A program made the translations under genes and the position numbers. A stretch of DNA of 64,000 bases, from NCBI GenBank assembly GCA_934693235.1, contig CAKUUY010000009.1, positions 1,688-65,687 on the forward strand. The letters are read 5' to 3'. Under the pieces are notes generated by a model, which saw only the letters and a program-made list of their open reading frames with translations, searched no databases and had not been told where the DNA came from. The DNA comes from an uncultured Candidatus Melainabacteria bacterium. Its GTDB lineage: Bacteria > Cyanobacteriota > Vampirovibrionia > Gastranaerophilales > Gastranaerophilaceae. Below, piece after piece: positions 16,408-24,959 of this stretch (its first letter is position 1; each line of letters opens with the position of its first letter).

Positions 16408-16425
16408 CAAATATGAGAGGTACTT

Positions 16426-16614
16426 ATGAAGTTTGATGTAATATTACATAAAGAGGACAACGGTTATTGGGCAGAAGTTCCTGCATTAAAAGGTTGTTAC
16501 ACTCAGGGAGATACTATTGAAGAGGTAAAGAATAACATTAAAGAAGCGATTACAGCTTGGTTGTCTGTTGATTTGTCTGATACAAAAGAGGAAATTATTT
16601 CAGTCGCTTTATGA
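16426..16614 (+). CDS. hicB: HicB-family antitoxin (short, N-terminal domain only)
   Basis: MKFDVILHKEDNGYWAEVPALKGCYTQGDTIEEVKNNIKEAITAWL, UPF0150/HicB fold signature; 4-nt overlap with hicA. Confidence 0.8.
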   Translation: MKFDVILHKEDNGYWAEVPALKGCYTQGDTIEEVKNNIKEAITAWLSVDLSDTKEEIISVAL

Positions 16615-16829
16615 AAAATATTTCAGGTAAAAAATTATGTAAAATTTTACAAGATAATGGGTGGCAATTGGTGAGAATTGCCGGTTCTCATCATGTTTTT
16701 GCAAAAGAGGGGGAAGATGCAAGAATTGTTGTGCCTGTGCATGCGAATAAAGAAATTAAAACCGGCCTTTTAAAAGCGATTTTAAAAACAGCCGGTCTCT
16801 TGTCATTATTTTTTACACTTGTTTCTTAA
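16611..16829 (+). CDS. hicA: HicA-family mRNA-interferase toxin
   Basis: KKLCKILQDNGWQLVRIAGSHHVFAKEG...VPVH...IKTGLLKAILKTAGL, typical HicA. Confidence 0.8.
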   Translation: MKNISGKKLCKILQDNGWQLVRIAGSHHVFAKEGEDARIVVPVHANKEIKTGLLKAILKTAGLLSLFFTLVS

Positions 16830-17623
16830 TAGTTCATTACCCAGCCTTCGTCAATTACTCTGCCGGAACAAGCCATTCCTTCTTCTGTTGTTGTATTATT
16901 ACACTTAGCCTCTCTTTGTGTTTTAAATTTTTCTATGACTGAAGTAATGTCTTTATTAGTATATTTTGCATAAGCTTCCGCATGAGCTATGCTCTTGACG
17001 CCGACAACTCTTCCATCATGAAGAATATCGAGGTAAAAAGTATCTCTTCCCCAAGTATTAGGCCCTTTACCACCATTTACATCAAGAGCAGTAATAAATC
17101 CGGTGTAGTAGCCATGATCAATTCCAAGGCTTATGTCTGCACGCATACCGTTTGCGAGAGTTACTGCGATATTTTTCCAGCCTCGGCATTTACTTTTGTC
17201 ATTCAGGTAGTACCATTTGTTTGTTTTGCCAACAAGTTTTCTGCAGGTTTCTGTGTCTGTTATTATATTGGTATTGTCGCCTAATGCCATCATATCTGGA
17301 ACAGATTCATATTTTATACCTTTAAAATATTTACTTAATTCCGGTTGGCATTTGTTTCTCCAATCTGAACTATTATACGGTGTGTCGTCTGGTAGGTCAC
17401 CACAATTCTTCCATAAAGTAGTATCTGTAATATCGTCAACTCCATCATCAGCCATGGCTTGTTTAAACCCTTGTTCAAATATAGAAACACCGACTTTTAA
17501 ACCCTCTACCCAAGTTTTCTTTTGGTAGTTTGCAATCAACATTGGCATTGTTATTGCTGCAACAACTCCAATAATCCCCAGTGTAATTAATACTTCTGCA
17601 AGTGTAAAACCTTTATTTTTCAT
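16826..17623 (-). CDS. Prepilin-type N-terminal domain protein, family member PL2
   Basis: MKNKG|FTLAEVLITLGIIGVVAAITMP...; LDVNGGKGPNTWGRDTFYL; C-terminus ...IDEGWVMNY; AAGGAAA SD before ATG 17623 (track ORF extends to 17683). Confidence 0.85.
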   Translation of the reverse strand: MKNKGFTLAEVLITLGIIGVVAAITMPMLIANYQKKTWVEGLKVGVSIFEQGFKQAMADDGVDDITDTTLWKNCGDLPDDTPYNSSDWRNKCQPELSKYFKGIKYESVPDMMALGDNTNIITDTETCRKLVGKTNKWYYLNDKSKCRGWKNIAVTLANGMRADISLGIDHGYYTGFITALDVNGGKGPNTWGRDTFYLDILHDGRVVGVKSIAHAEAYAKYTNKDITSVIEKFKTQREAKCNNTTTEEGMACSGRVIDEGWVMNY

Positions 17624-17695
17624 ATTTTTCCTTTCTATGTGATATGTTACTTTATTATTATAAGATTCAAAAAAATAAAACAATGTTTTTAATAT

Positions 17696-17743
17696 TATAG
17701 TTAAATTATAGTTGCTATAGTTAAAAAGTCAAGATTTTAGTTA
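17696..17743. promoter_or_regulatory. Direct repeats TATAGTT x3 plus TTAGTTA in the PL2/HTH divergent intergenic region (candidate operator)
   Basis: tatagtt at 17696-17702, 17707-17713, 17716-17722; tagtta at 17738-17743. Confidence 0.4.
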
Positions 17744-17765
17744 AAGCCTATTATATAATCAAAAA

Positions 17766-17972
17766 ATGAACACAAAACAACAAATTAAGCATTTATTGGT
17801 TATGAACGACATGACTATGACTGAACTATGCAGGAGAATGTCTGAAAAATTAGGGAAACCATACTCGATTTACAATATTTCAGGAAAACTAAATCGCGAT
17901 ACACTAAAATATAGTGAAGTTAAAATGCTTTATGATATTTTGGGTTATGAATTGGTTCTAAGAAAAAAATAA
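17766..17972 (+). CDS. Small HTH (Cro/C1-like) protein divergent from PL2
   Basis: 68 aa; ...MTMTELCRRMSEKLGKPYSIYNISGKLN...LKYSEVKMLYDILGYEL helix-turn-helix-like spacing; family assignment tentative. Confidence 0.55.
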   Translation: MNTKQQIKHLLVMNDMTMTELCRRMSEKLGKPYSIYNISGKLNRDTLKYSEVKMLYDILGYELVLRKK

Positions 17973-17978
17973 ATGTTA

Positions 17979-19232
17979 CTATTTTTTGCTCAACATCATC
18001 TGCGACAATGTATTTTTAGCAGCCTGAAGTTGAGCATCATTGTTGTTTTTTACGTCTTGAATACTTAAATTAACTTTTATGTCAGGTGTAATTCCTTTTT
18101 TGTTAATGTCTGTCCCATTTGGGGTTAAATATTTTGCGACGGTTAAATTTAAACCTGTTTCATTCGGCATTGGTATGATTTTTTGTACCATACCTTTTCC
18201 ATAAGTTTTTGTTCCTAAAAGTTTTGCTTTATTATAATCTTTTAGTGCTCCTGACAAAATTTCGCTTGCGCTTGCTGAATTGCCGTCAACAAGTACGACT
18301 GTTGGCTTTTTTACCCCAAATTCTGTATCTTGTGCATTAATATCGTACTTGTAGCCGTTTCTGCCGACAATGCTAACAATATTTCCTTTAGGAATAAATA
18401 AATTTGCAATAAATACTGCATTAGGTAAAAGTCCGCCTGTATTTCCTCTTAAATCAAGGATTAATCCTTGTGTATTTTTGGTTTTTTCTAAGGCTTCCAA
18501 AAATTCGTTTGGAGTTGTTGAGCCGATAAAACTTGTGATTTGAATATAGCCGATGTTTTTATCTAGTACAGAGCTTTTTACTGTCTTAATTTTTATTTCT
18601 TTGCGCATAACTCTTTTGGTTAATTTGTCTTTGTTACGCAAAATTGTAATGTTTACAAAACTGTTTTCTGGTCCACGAACAAGATTTGCAACCTCTGAAA
18701 GAGAAAGGCCGTTAACCTCTTTCCCATCTATTGCCAGAATAATATCTTTTGGTAAAAGGTTTGCAAACTGAGCCGGAGTTCCCTCCATTACGTTAACAAT
18801 ATGGATTTTTCCGGCAATTGAAGCAATATTTACTCCAATTCCGGTAATTTTTGAATTTATGGAGTTGTTTTGCTCTAAGTATTCTGACTTTGACATATAC
18901 CTTGAATATGGATCATCAAGGCTTGCAAGTATTGTATCAATTGCGACTTTTGCATCTTCATCCGTTTTAATTTGACCGTGGTAATGTTCTTTCCAACGGA
19001 TCCAATCCTGGTCATTCAAGTCTGCATCGTAATAGTTATCTCTGATTATTTTCCAACTGTTATCAAAAAGTTTTTGAGATGAAATCTGGTCATGGTCAAC
19101 CATATCAGGTGTTTCAGTTATCTCAAAATTGTCTAAGCTTATGAAAACTCGGTTCAGTACAATTAATGTTGTAACCAATAAAATAAATATAATTATTTGA
19201 CTTTTCTTCTTCATACCAATATTTAACACCAA
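17979..19232 (-). CDS. ctpA: Carboxy-terminal processing protease (S41 family) with PDZ domain
   Basis: LDLRGNTGGLL, SASASEILSGALKD, KTYGKG motifs; TM/signal anchor; ATG 19214 (MKKKSQ...) is a likely alternative start. Confidence 0.85.
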   Translation of the reverse strand: MVLNIGMKKKSQIIIFILLVTTLIVLNRVFISLDNFEITETPDMVDHDQISSQKLFDNSWKIIRDNYYDADLNDQDWIRWKEHYHGQIKTDEDAKVAIDTILASLDDPYSRYMSKSEYLEQNNSINSKITGIGVNIASIAGKIHIVNVMEGTPAQFANLLPKDIILAIDGKEVNGLSLSEVANLVRGPENSFVNITILRNKDKLTKRVMRKEIKIKTVKSSVLDKNIGYIQITSFIGSTTPNEFLEALEKTKNTQGLILDLRGNTGGLLPNAVFIANLFIPKGNIVSIVGRNGYKYDINAQDTEFGVKKPTVVLVDGNSASASEILSGALKDYNKAKLLGTKTYGKGMVQKIIPMPNETGLNLTVAKYLTPNGTDINKKGITPDIKVNLSIQDVKNNNDAQLQAAKNTLSQMMLSKK

Positions 19233-19319
19233 GGATTTTTTATAATCAATATACTTTTTTAGTAGCTTGAATTATTAATTATCAAAGGTGAATAATTAGT
19301 ATTCTAATGATTTTAATGT

Positions 19320-20027
19320 TTACAAATCCTCAAATCCAGGAGAAGTCGATGGTAGGTTTTTGTAGCCCTCGTTAGACATTACAGTCTTTTTAATATATCT
19401 GTTTGAATAGCCACCACGTTCAAATAGTTTTTTTAGTTGATTTTCGCGTACAACAAGCGGGTGGAGCTCATCATTGCTTTCCGGATAAAGTTTTGAAATT
19501 TCATACCAAACAGAAGCTTCCATAGTCCATGCATAAGTTTCCTCAGCTAAAGAATTATACTCATCTTGATGAAGTGCTTCGTGTGAAAGCAATGCTGCTA
19601 ACGCTCCCGGAGGTGCATCTTTGTGGCGTGGGTTGATATAAATAAATAATTGCTTGTTTTTTTTCCACCCGAGAGCATCAAAATTTGCATAATCAGGGTT
19701 AATGGTTCCCAAATCCCTAAATTCAATTTTTACAGGTCGGCCGGACAGGTTGTTGCCAAGAATTGCGTTACGCGAAAACTCTCCGTTAGTTCCTTTTAAC
19801 ATATCAAGAGCGACATACAAAACTTCGTCTTTCCCGACATCTTTGTACATTGGAGTTATTTGTTTTACATAATTGTATGTGTATTTTACAGGATATGTTT
19901 TTGGCATTTCAATCAATGCTTCATCCTGCTTTTTGGCTGAAAATACCGGCAATTGTATAAGAACAGCAATTGCTGATACAAATATAATCTTTTTCAAATT
20001 CTTATTAATCACAAATCTCTCTCCCAT
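19320..20027 (-). CDS. Secreted hypothetical protein with HExxH motif (putative metallopeptidase-like)
   Basis: Signal-like KIIFVSAIAVLIQLPVFSA; LLSHEALHQDE motif. Confidence 0.5.
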   Translation of the reverse strand: MGERFVINKNLKKIIFVSAIAVLIQLPVFSAKKQDEALIEMPKTYPVKYTYNYVKQITPMYKDVGKDEVLYVALDMLKGTNGEFSRNAILGNNLSGRPVKIEFRDLGTINPDYANFDALGWKKNKQLFIYINPRHKDAPPGALAALLSHEALHQDEYNSLAEETYAWTMEASVWYEISKLYPESNDELHPLVVRENQLKKLFERGGYSNRYIKKTVMSNEGYKNLPSTSPGFEDL

Positions 20028-20084
20028 AATATCAAACTACGCTTGTAGTAATATTATAATTGTTTTAATCCCAACGTCAAATTT

Positions 20085-21659
20085 TTATTTAGATTTTCTG
20101 CAAAGAGTTGCCAAATCCTTATACATAAGCTTGTATTCGTTGTTTTCTGAGATACTTTCTGCTTCTTTAATATATTCAAGTGCGGTTCTGAAATCTTCCT
20201 TGGCTTTGTATATTTCACTCATTTTTGCGTAGTATTCTGCGTTATTGATATCGTAAGTAATTGCCCGTTTCATGCATTCAATTGCTTCATCATAGTCTTT
20301 TTCGGCAAATCGAACCAATGCAAGATAAAAATACCCGCTTGCAAAATTCATATCAAGAGAAATTGCTTTTTGTGCAAAATCTTTTGTCGTTTCTACATCT
20401 CCTTTTGCCAAAGCTGCTTTCGCTCCGATGGAATATGCAACGATATAATTTTCATTTGTGCCTAAAACTTTTTGTATGGTTTCAAGAGCTTCATCATATT
20501 TCTTTTCTGCAATATAGATTTCCGCAAGTTGGCATTGATAATTCAAACTTTCGCTGTTTTTTTCAATAACATCTTTAATTGTTTTTTCTGCTTTTTCAAA
20601 CATCAAAAGTTCTTTGTATACATTGGCAAGTGAAATTAGTGTAAAATTATCGTTATTGCCGTTTTTTAGATTTGTTTCCAGTTCTTGTTGCGCACCCAAA
20701 AAATCTTTGCGTTCGAGTTTTAAAAGAGCGTTCAAAACATGTGCTAAACCGTATTCTGCATCGTGTTCAAAAATATAATCAATTTCTTTTTGAGCTTTAT
20801 CAAAATTCTTTTGTTCGTAATAAAGATAAGCAAGAGAATACCTGTATCCGAGGTTTTCCGGAGACATACAGATTGCTTGTGCGTATGCTTGTGTGGCTTC
20901 TTTAATCCATCCGTTATAAAAATAAGCATTCCCTAAATTATATAAATATTTTGATTCTTTTTGATTTAAATTTGAAGCTTTTGAAAAATATTTTATTGCT
21001 TCAATAAACTTCAACTCTTCTAATGCAAAAAGCCCTAAATAGTTTAATACTTCTGGGTTTGTAGTCATTTTTGAAAAAGAATTGAATATTTCTTTTGATT
21101 TCTCAAAATTGCTTTCGTCAAAGTATATTTTTCCTAATAGAACGAGAGCATTTTCATTTTCGGAATTTATATTTAAAGCCTTTTCTAATTTTTCTTTTGC
21201 AATTGAAAAATTGCCGTTTGTGTAGTAGGCATTAGCTATTTCAAACAATACTTTATCATTTATTTGTTCTGAATTTTCAAGGTTTTCAATGTTTTTGAAG
21301 TCATTTGTTTTTGTTGCAGCTTTTATTAATTCTGTCAAATTTTCGGGATTTTTTTGTAAATTAAATATTTTTTCTGCAGTTTTGTAAGCCTGTTCTTTTT
21401 CATCTGCAAAAACATAAATTTTCTGCATTATCTTTAAGGCTTCTATATGATTTTTATTTTTTTGTAAAACTTTTTCCAAATAATGTGTTGCGCGTGGTAA
21501 ATTTCGAAGTAAGAAATACAATTCGCCTAATTGAAAAAGAATTTCAATATTATCATTTTCTTGTTCAAGTGCTTTGTAGAGCATTTCAATTGCTTGCTTG
21601 TAACATTTTTGTGATTTCAAATTAAAAGCTTGTTTTATAAATTCCAACGTTTCTTGCAT
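20085..21659 (-). CDS. Tetratricopeptide-repeat protein
   Basis: 524 aa of repeated 34-residue A/Y/L-pattern units (…AYYNLG…, …AIEYFEKAL…-like). Confidence 0.8.
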   Translation of the reverse strand: MQETLEFIKQAFNLKSQKCYKQAIEMLYKALEQENDNIEILFQLGELYFLLRNLPRATHYLEKVLQKNKNHIEALKIMQKIYVFADEKEQAYKTAEKIFNLQKNPENLTELIKAATKTNDFKNIENLENSEQINDKVLFEIANAYYTNGNFSIAKEKLEKALNINSENENALVLLGKIYFDESNFEKSKEIFNSFSKMTTNPEVLNYLGLFALEELKFIEAIKYFSKASNLNQKESKYLYNLGNAYFYNGWIKEATQAYAQAICMSPENLGYRYSLAYLYYEQKNFDKAQKEIDYIFEHDAEYGLAHVLNALLKLERKDFLGAQQELETNLKNGNNDNFTLISLANVYKELLMFEKAEKTIKDVIEKNSESLNYQCQLAEIYIAEKKYDEALETIQKVLGTNENYIVAYSIGAKAALAKGDVETTKDFAQKAISLDMNFASGYFYLALVRFAEKDYDEAIECMKRAITYDINNAEYYAKMSEIYKAKEDFRTALEYIKEAESISENNEYKLMYKDLATLCRKSK

Positions 21660-21669
21660 TTATGCTCCA

Positions 21670-22059
21670 TTATTTCTTTTTATTTTGTTTTTTGAGTTTA
21701 TGTTTTTTTTCTTTTGTGTTTTGAGGTTGATTATTGTTGATTAAAACTAAAACCTCGTCTTCTCCTGCCATTTTTAAGTTGTTTCTGGCAATTCCCTCTA
21801 AGCTTTGAGTAGAAGAAAATGATTTGATATCTTGTTTAAGTTCTTGATTTTGTGTTTCGGCAGAGTCTCTAATTTTTGTTAAAGTGGAGATTTTAGCTCT
21901 ATACGAAATAGTTTTTGAAATATTTAAAATAGCTCCAAAACCAATTTGTATCAGACAAAACAACAAAACCAAAGTTAGGAACGAATAATAAAAACCCGTT
22001 CTATTTTTCTTTTTTGTTTGAACTTCTTGTGTTGTGTTGTTAGTATTCTCTTCTGTCAT
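21670..22059 (-). CDS. FtsB/DivIC-like septum formation initiator
   Basis: Single TM (FYYSFLTLVLLFCLIQIGFGAIL), coiled coil, then ...LEGIARNNLKMAGEDEVLVLI typical of FtsB/DivIC. Confidence 0.65.
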   Translation of the reverse strand: MTEENTNNTTQEVQTKKKNRTGFYYSFLTLVLLFCLIQIGFGAILNISKTISYRAKISTLTKIRDSAETQNQELKQDIKSFSSTQSLEGIARNNLKMAGEDEVLVLINNNQPQNTKEKKHKLKKQNKKK

Positions 22060-22120
22060 AAAACCTCACAACAAAATTATAAACAAAATAAATTCTTAAG
22101 ACAACATTGTTGTTATAAAT

Positions 22121-23053
22121 TTACAATTTGAAAGTTGCCTGAAAGTTCAATTGAGTTTTTGTCGCTCCGCTATCAACGTAGTAAGTTTGTTTTGCGCCGG
22201 CTTCCAATAACAGTTTGTCTCTATCCTTTTTGCCGAACGGATTAAGAGAAAAAACGAGTTCTGTAGAACGTCTGTTTCTTGTTACATCTGCTTTTAAGGT
22301 GTTTTTTAATGAGATATAATTATTTAATTTAAGTTCAGGTGTGACGGAAATTGTGTTGTAGTCTTGTGCGTAAGTCGTATTGAGAGATTTTTTAACAGAA
22401 GAACTTACCGCAAAATGACTGCTTTCATATTTTGTGAATAATCCGGTTTCTGTTTCAAGCATTGCGATATTATCAACTTCGTTGCCATATATTGCTCCTA
22501 ATGTAAAGTTTCCGATTTTATCTGTAGCTTTTACTGATTTTGGAGCAATATGATATTCATCATCAGCATACCGCAAAAGAGTCTTTGTATTTGTTTTGTC
22601 TGCTAAATTTAAGCCTTTTGAAGCGGATATTTTCTGGGGATTTTTTAGGTTTAAAACAAAATTGTCATTGTCATCTTTTAAATATATTGAATTAGAATCT
22701 TCGACATATTGTGCATAACCCTTTAAAACAGTTGCTCCAAGTGCTATATCGTTATCAGAATTGTCAGTGTCTTCAACAGTATTATCTTGTTTCATGTTCA
22801 AAAGAAGTTCTTCTTCGCTTGTTTCTGTTGTAGTTTGAGAATCATTTATATAAGTTTCATCTGCGTCTGAATTGTCGTCATCCTGTGGCGGAGTTTTGAT
22901 GTCATCTGGAATTGAATAGATAAAAATGTTCGGCAAAGCATCCGGGGCACTGGAAGAACCTGCTGCCGGAATCATTTTTTTGTTTGCACAACTTGACGGC
23001 AATTGAAAAATAAGCATTAATAAAAGAATTAATATGGCTCTCTTCATAAACAA
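22121..23053 (-). CDS. Secreted / outer-membrane beta-rich hypothetical protein
   Basis: Signal peptide MKRAILILLLMLIFQLPSSCA; acidic linker; alternating beta-strand-like C-terminal half. Confidence 0.5.
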   Translation of the reverse strand: MFMKRAILILLLMLIFQLPSSCANKKMIPAAGSSSAPDALPNIFIYSIPDDIKTPPQDDDNSDADETYINDSQTTTETSEEELLLNMKQDNTVEDTDNSDNDIALGATVLKGYAQYVEDSNSIYLKDDNDNFVLNLKNPQKISASKGLNLADKTNTKTLLRYADDEYHIAPKSVKATDKIGNFTLGAIYGNEVDNIAMLETETGLFTKYESSHFAVSSSVKKSLNTTYAQDYNTISVTPELKLNNYISLKNTLKADVTRNRRSTELVFSLNPFGKKDRDKLLLEAGAKQTYYVDSGATKTQLNFQATFKL

Positions 23054-23182
23054 TATTTTAGAGGTTAATTAGAGATTAGTCAAATTGTTTTTGTTATTGT
23101 TTTATTCTTCGTAACTTGAAAATAAATTTTGCGCGTGGTAACTTTGTAGTTACGAAATTATAAATAGAATCGAGGAAAATTT

Positions 23183-24643
23183 ATGACAGAAGTTAGAGTA
23201 AGAATAGCTCCGTCACCAAGCGGAAACTTACACATTGGTACTGCAAGAACTGCATTGTTTAACTACTTGTTTGCGAAGAAAAATAATGGCAAATTTGTTT
23301 TAAGAATTGAAGATACTGATGCAGAGCGTACTAAACAAGAATACATTGACAATATTTTTGACAGTTTGAAAGCTTTGGGGTTGAACTGGGATGAAGGTCC
23401 TGATGTTGGTGGTCCTTACGGCCCTTATACACAATCTCAAAGATTTGATATTTACCCGAAATATGTTCAGGAATTATTAGACAAAGGTTTTGCTTACGAA
23501 TGTTTCTGTACTCCGGAAGAACTTGAACAAGAAAAAGAAGAGGCTTCAAGAAATAAAAAACCTTATGTTTATACAAAAAAATGTTTGAATTTGACAGAAG
23601 AAGAAAAAGAAAAGCTTAGAGCAGAGGGGAGAAAACCTGCAATCAGATTTAATATTGCTAAGGCTCAGAAAGCTTTCCATGATACTTCTATGTTGACTTT
23701 TGATGATATGGTTAAAGGCGAACTTCATGTTGATACAAACTTGCTAGGTGACTTTGTTATTATGAAGTCAAATGGAACTCCTACATACAACTTTGCTGTT
23801 GTAATTGATGATATGTTGATGAAGATTTCTCACGTAATCAGAGGGGAAGATCATATTTCAAATACTTTTAAACAAATTTTGATTTTTGAAGCATTAGGTG
23901 CAGAAGTTCCAAAATTTGGACACTTAGGTATGATTTTGGCTCCTGATAGAAGTAAACTTTCAAAACGTCATGGCGCAACTGCTGTTTCAGAATTTGTTGA
24001 AAAAGGTTATTTGACAGATGCATTGATAAACTTTGTAGCTTTACTTGGTTGGTCTCCGTCAGACGGACAAGAAATTAAGACTGTTGATGAAATTGCGCAA
24101 GATTTTAGAATTCACGAAATTTCTTCATCTAACTCAATTTTTGAATACGACAAATTGAACTGGATGAACAGCCACTATATCAAGATGCTTTCAATTCCTG
24201 AATTAAAAGAAAGATTGAAACCATTCTTGACAAAATATAATTTGAGTGAATTAACAGATGCTCAATATACTCGTATGATAGAGGTTACATACGAACCTTT
24301 GACATTATTGTCAGATATTACGGATGCTGTTCCATATTTCTTTGGTGAAGATGTTGTTATGGAAGACAAGGCAAAAGAAACTCTTGATACAGAAGTTTCG
24401 CAGGATGTTTTGAAAACATTTATGGAACAAGCTAAAGATTGGGAATGGACAGAAGAAAACTTGCACGAAAAATTGGAAGCTTTCAGAGCTTATTACAAGG
24501 AAAAAGGTGTTAAACCAAAAGTTACAATGTGGGCAATCAGAGCTGCAGTCACAGGTAGAACTTGTGGAGCTGATATGACTGCAATCCTTGCAATTATCGG
24601 TAAAGAAAAAACATTCCACAGAATAAAAGCAGCAATGAAATAA
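23183..24643 (+). CDS. gltX: Glutamate--tRNA ligase
   Basis: RIAPSPSGNLHIGTARTALFNY (HIGH) and KLSKRHG (KMSKS) motifs; 486 aa. Confidence 0.93.
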   Translation: MTEVRVRIAPSPSGNLHIGTARTALFNYLFAKKNNGKFVLRIEDTDAERTKQEYIDNIFDSLKALGLNWDEGPDVGGPYGPYTQSQRFDIYPKYVQELLDKGFAYECFCTPEELEQEKEEASRNKKPYVYTKKCLNLTEEEKEKLRAEGRKPAIRFNIAKAQKAFHDTSMLTFDDMVKGELHVDTNLLGDFVIMKSNGTPTYNFAVVIDDMLMKISHVIRGEDHISNTFKQILIFEALGAEVPKFGHLGMILAPDRSKLSKRHGATAVSEFVEKGYLTDALINFVALLGWSPSDGQEIKTVDEIAQDFRIHEISSSNSIFEYDKLNWMNSHYIKMLSIPELKERLKPFLTKYNLSELTDAQYTRMIEVTYEPLTLLSDITDAVPYFFGEDVVMEDKAKETLDTEVSQDVLKTFMEQAKDWEWTEENLHEKLEAFRAYYKEKGVKPKVTMWAIRAAVTGRTCGADMTAILAIIGKEKTFHRIKAAMK

Positions 24644-24676
24644 ACTGTTTGGTTTGAAATGCCAATAAAGAAGCTA

Positions 24677-24706
24677 AAAAGACGAACTTTTGAGTTCGTC
24701 TTTTTT
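24677..24706 (+). terminator. Intrinsic terminator after gltX
   Basis: Stem gacgaac/gttcgtc extended by A/T pairs, T6 run 24701-24706. Confidence 0.8.
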
Positions 24707-24940
24707 ATAGTATAATACTTTCGGGTAATCTTCTCTATAAGAGCCTCCACTGGCACAACAGTATAGTTAGGTAGAATGATTATTAAAAAAGCTCTACTGG
24801 TAATAGAGCTTTTGATTAAATTAATCATTGTGTTAATTTAGGGAAGTTAAGAAAGACTTTAAGAGTTCAGACCTCTTAAGGTCTTTTCCCTATACTCTCA
24901 TTATAACATGTTTTTTATGTTTTTCAAGTGGGTTAAAATT

Positions 24941-24953
24941 TTCATGCTACAAT
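24941..24953 (+). promoter_or_regulatory. Extended -10 promoter of rsmH (TGcTACAAT)
   Basis: ttcatgctacaat; -10 ends 6 nt before ATG 24960; no SD (tttttt). Confidence 0.5.
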
Positions 24954-24959
24954 TTTTTT

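Noticed and set aside
23054-23182. T-box riboswitch upstream of gltX
   Set aside because: The leader is only ~130 nt and lacks the conserved T-box sequence and a specifier-loop architecture. Only generic alternative hairpins are seen.
24493-24828. 111-aa minus-strand ORF spanning the gltX 3' end and the downstream gap
   Set aside because: It overlaps gltX and its terminator, with no SD. The region is better explained as non-coding hairpins.
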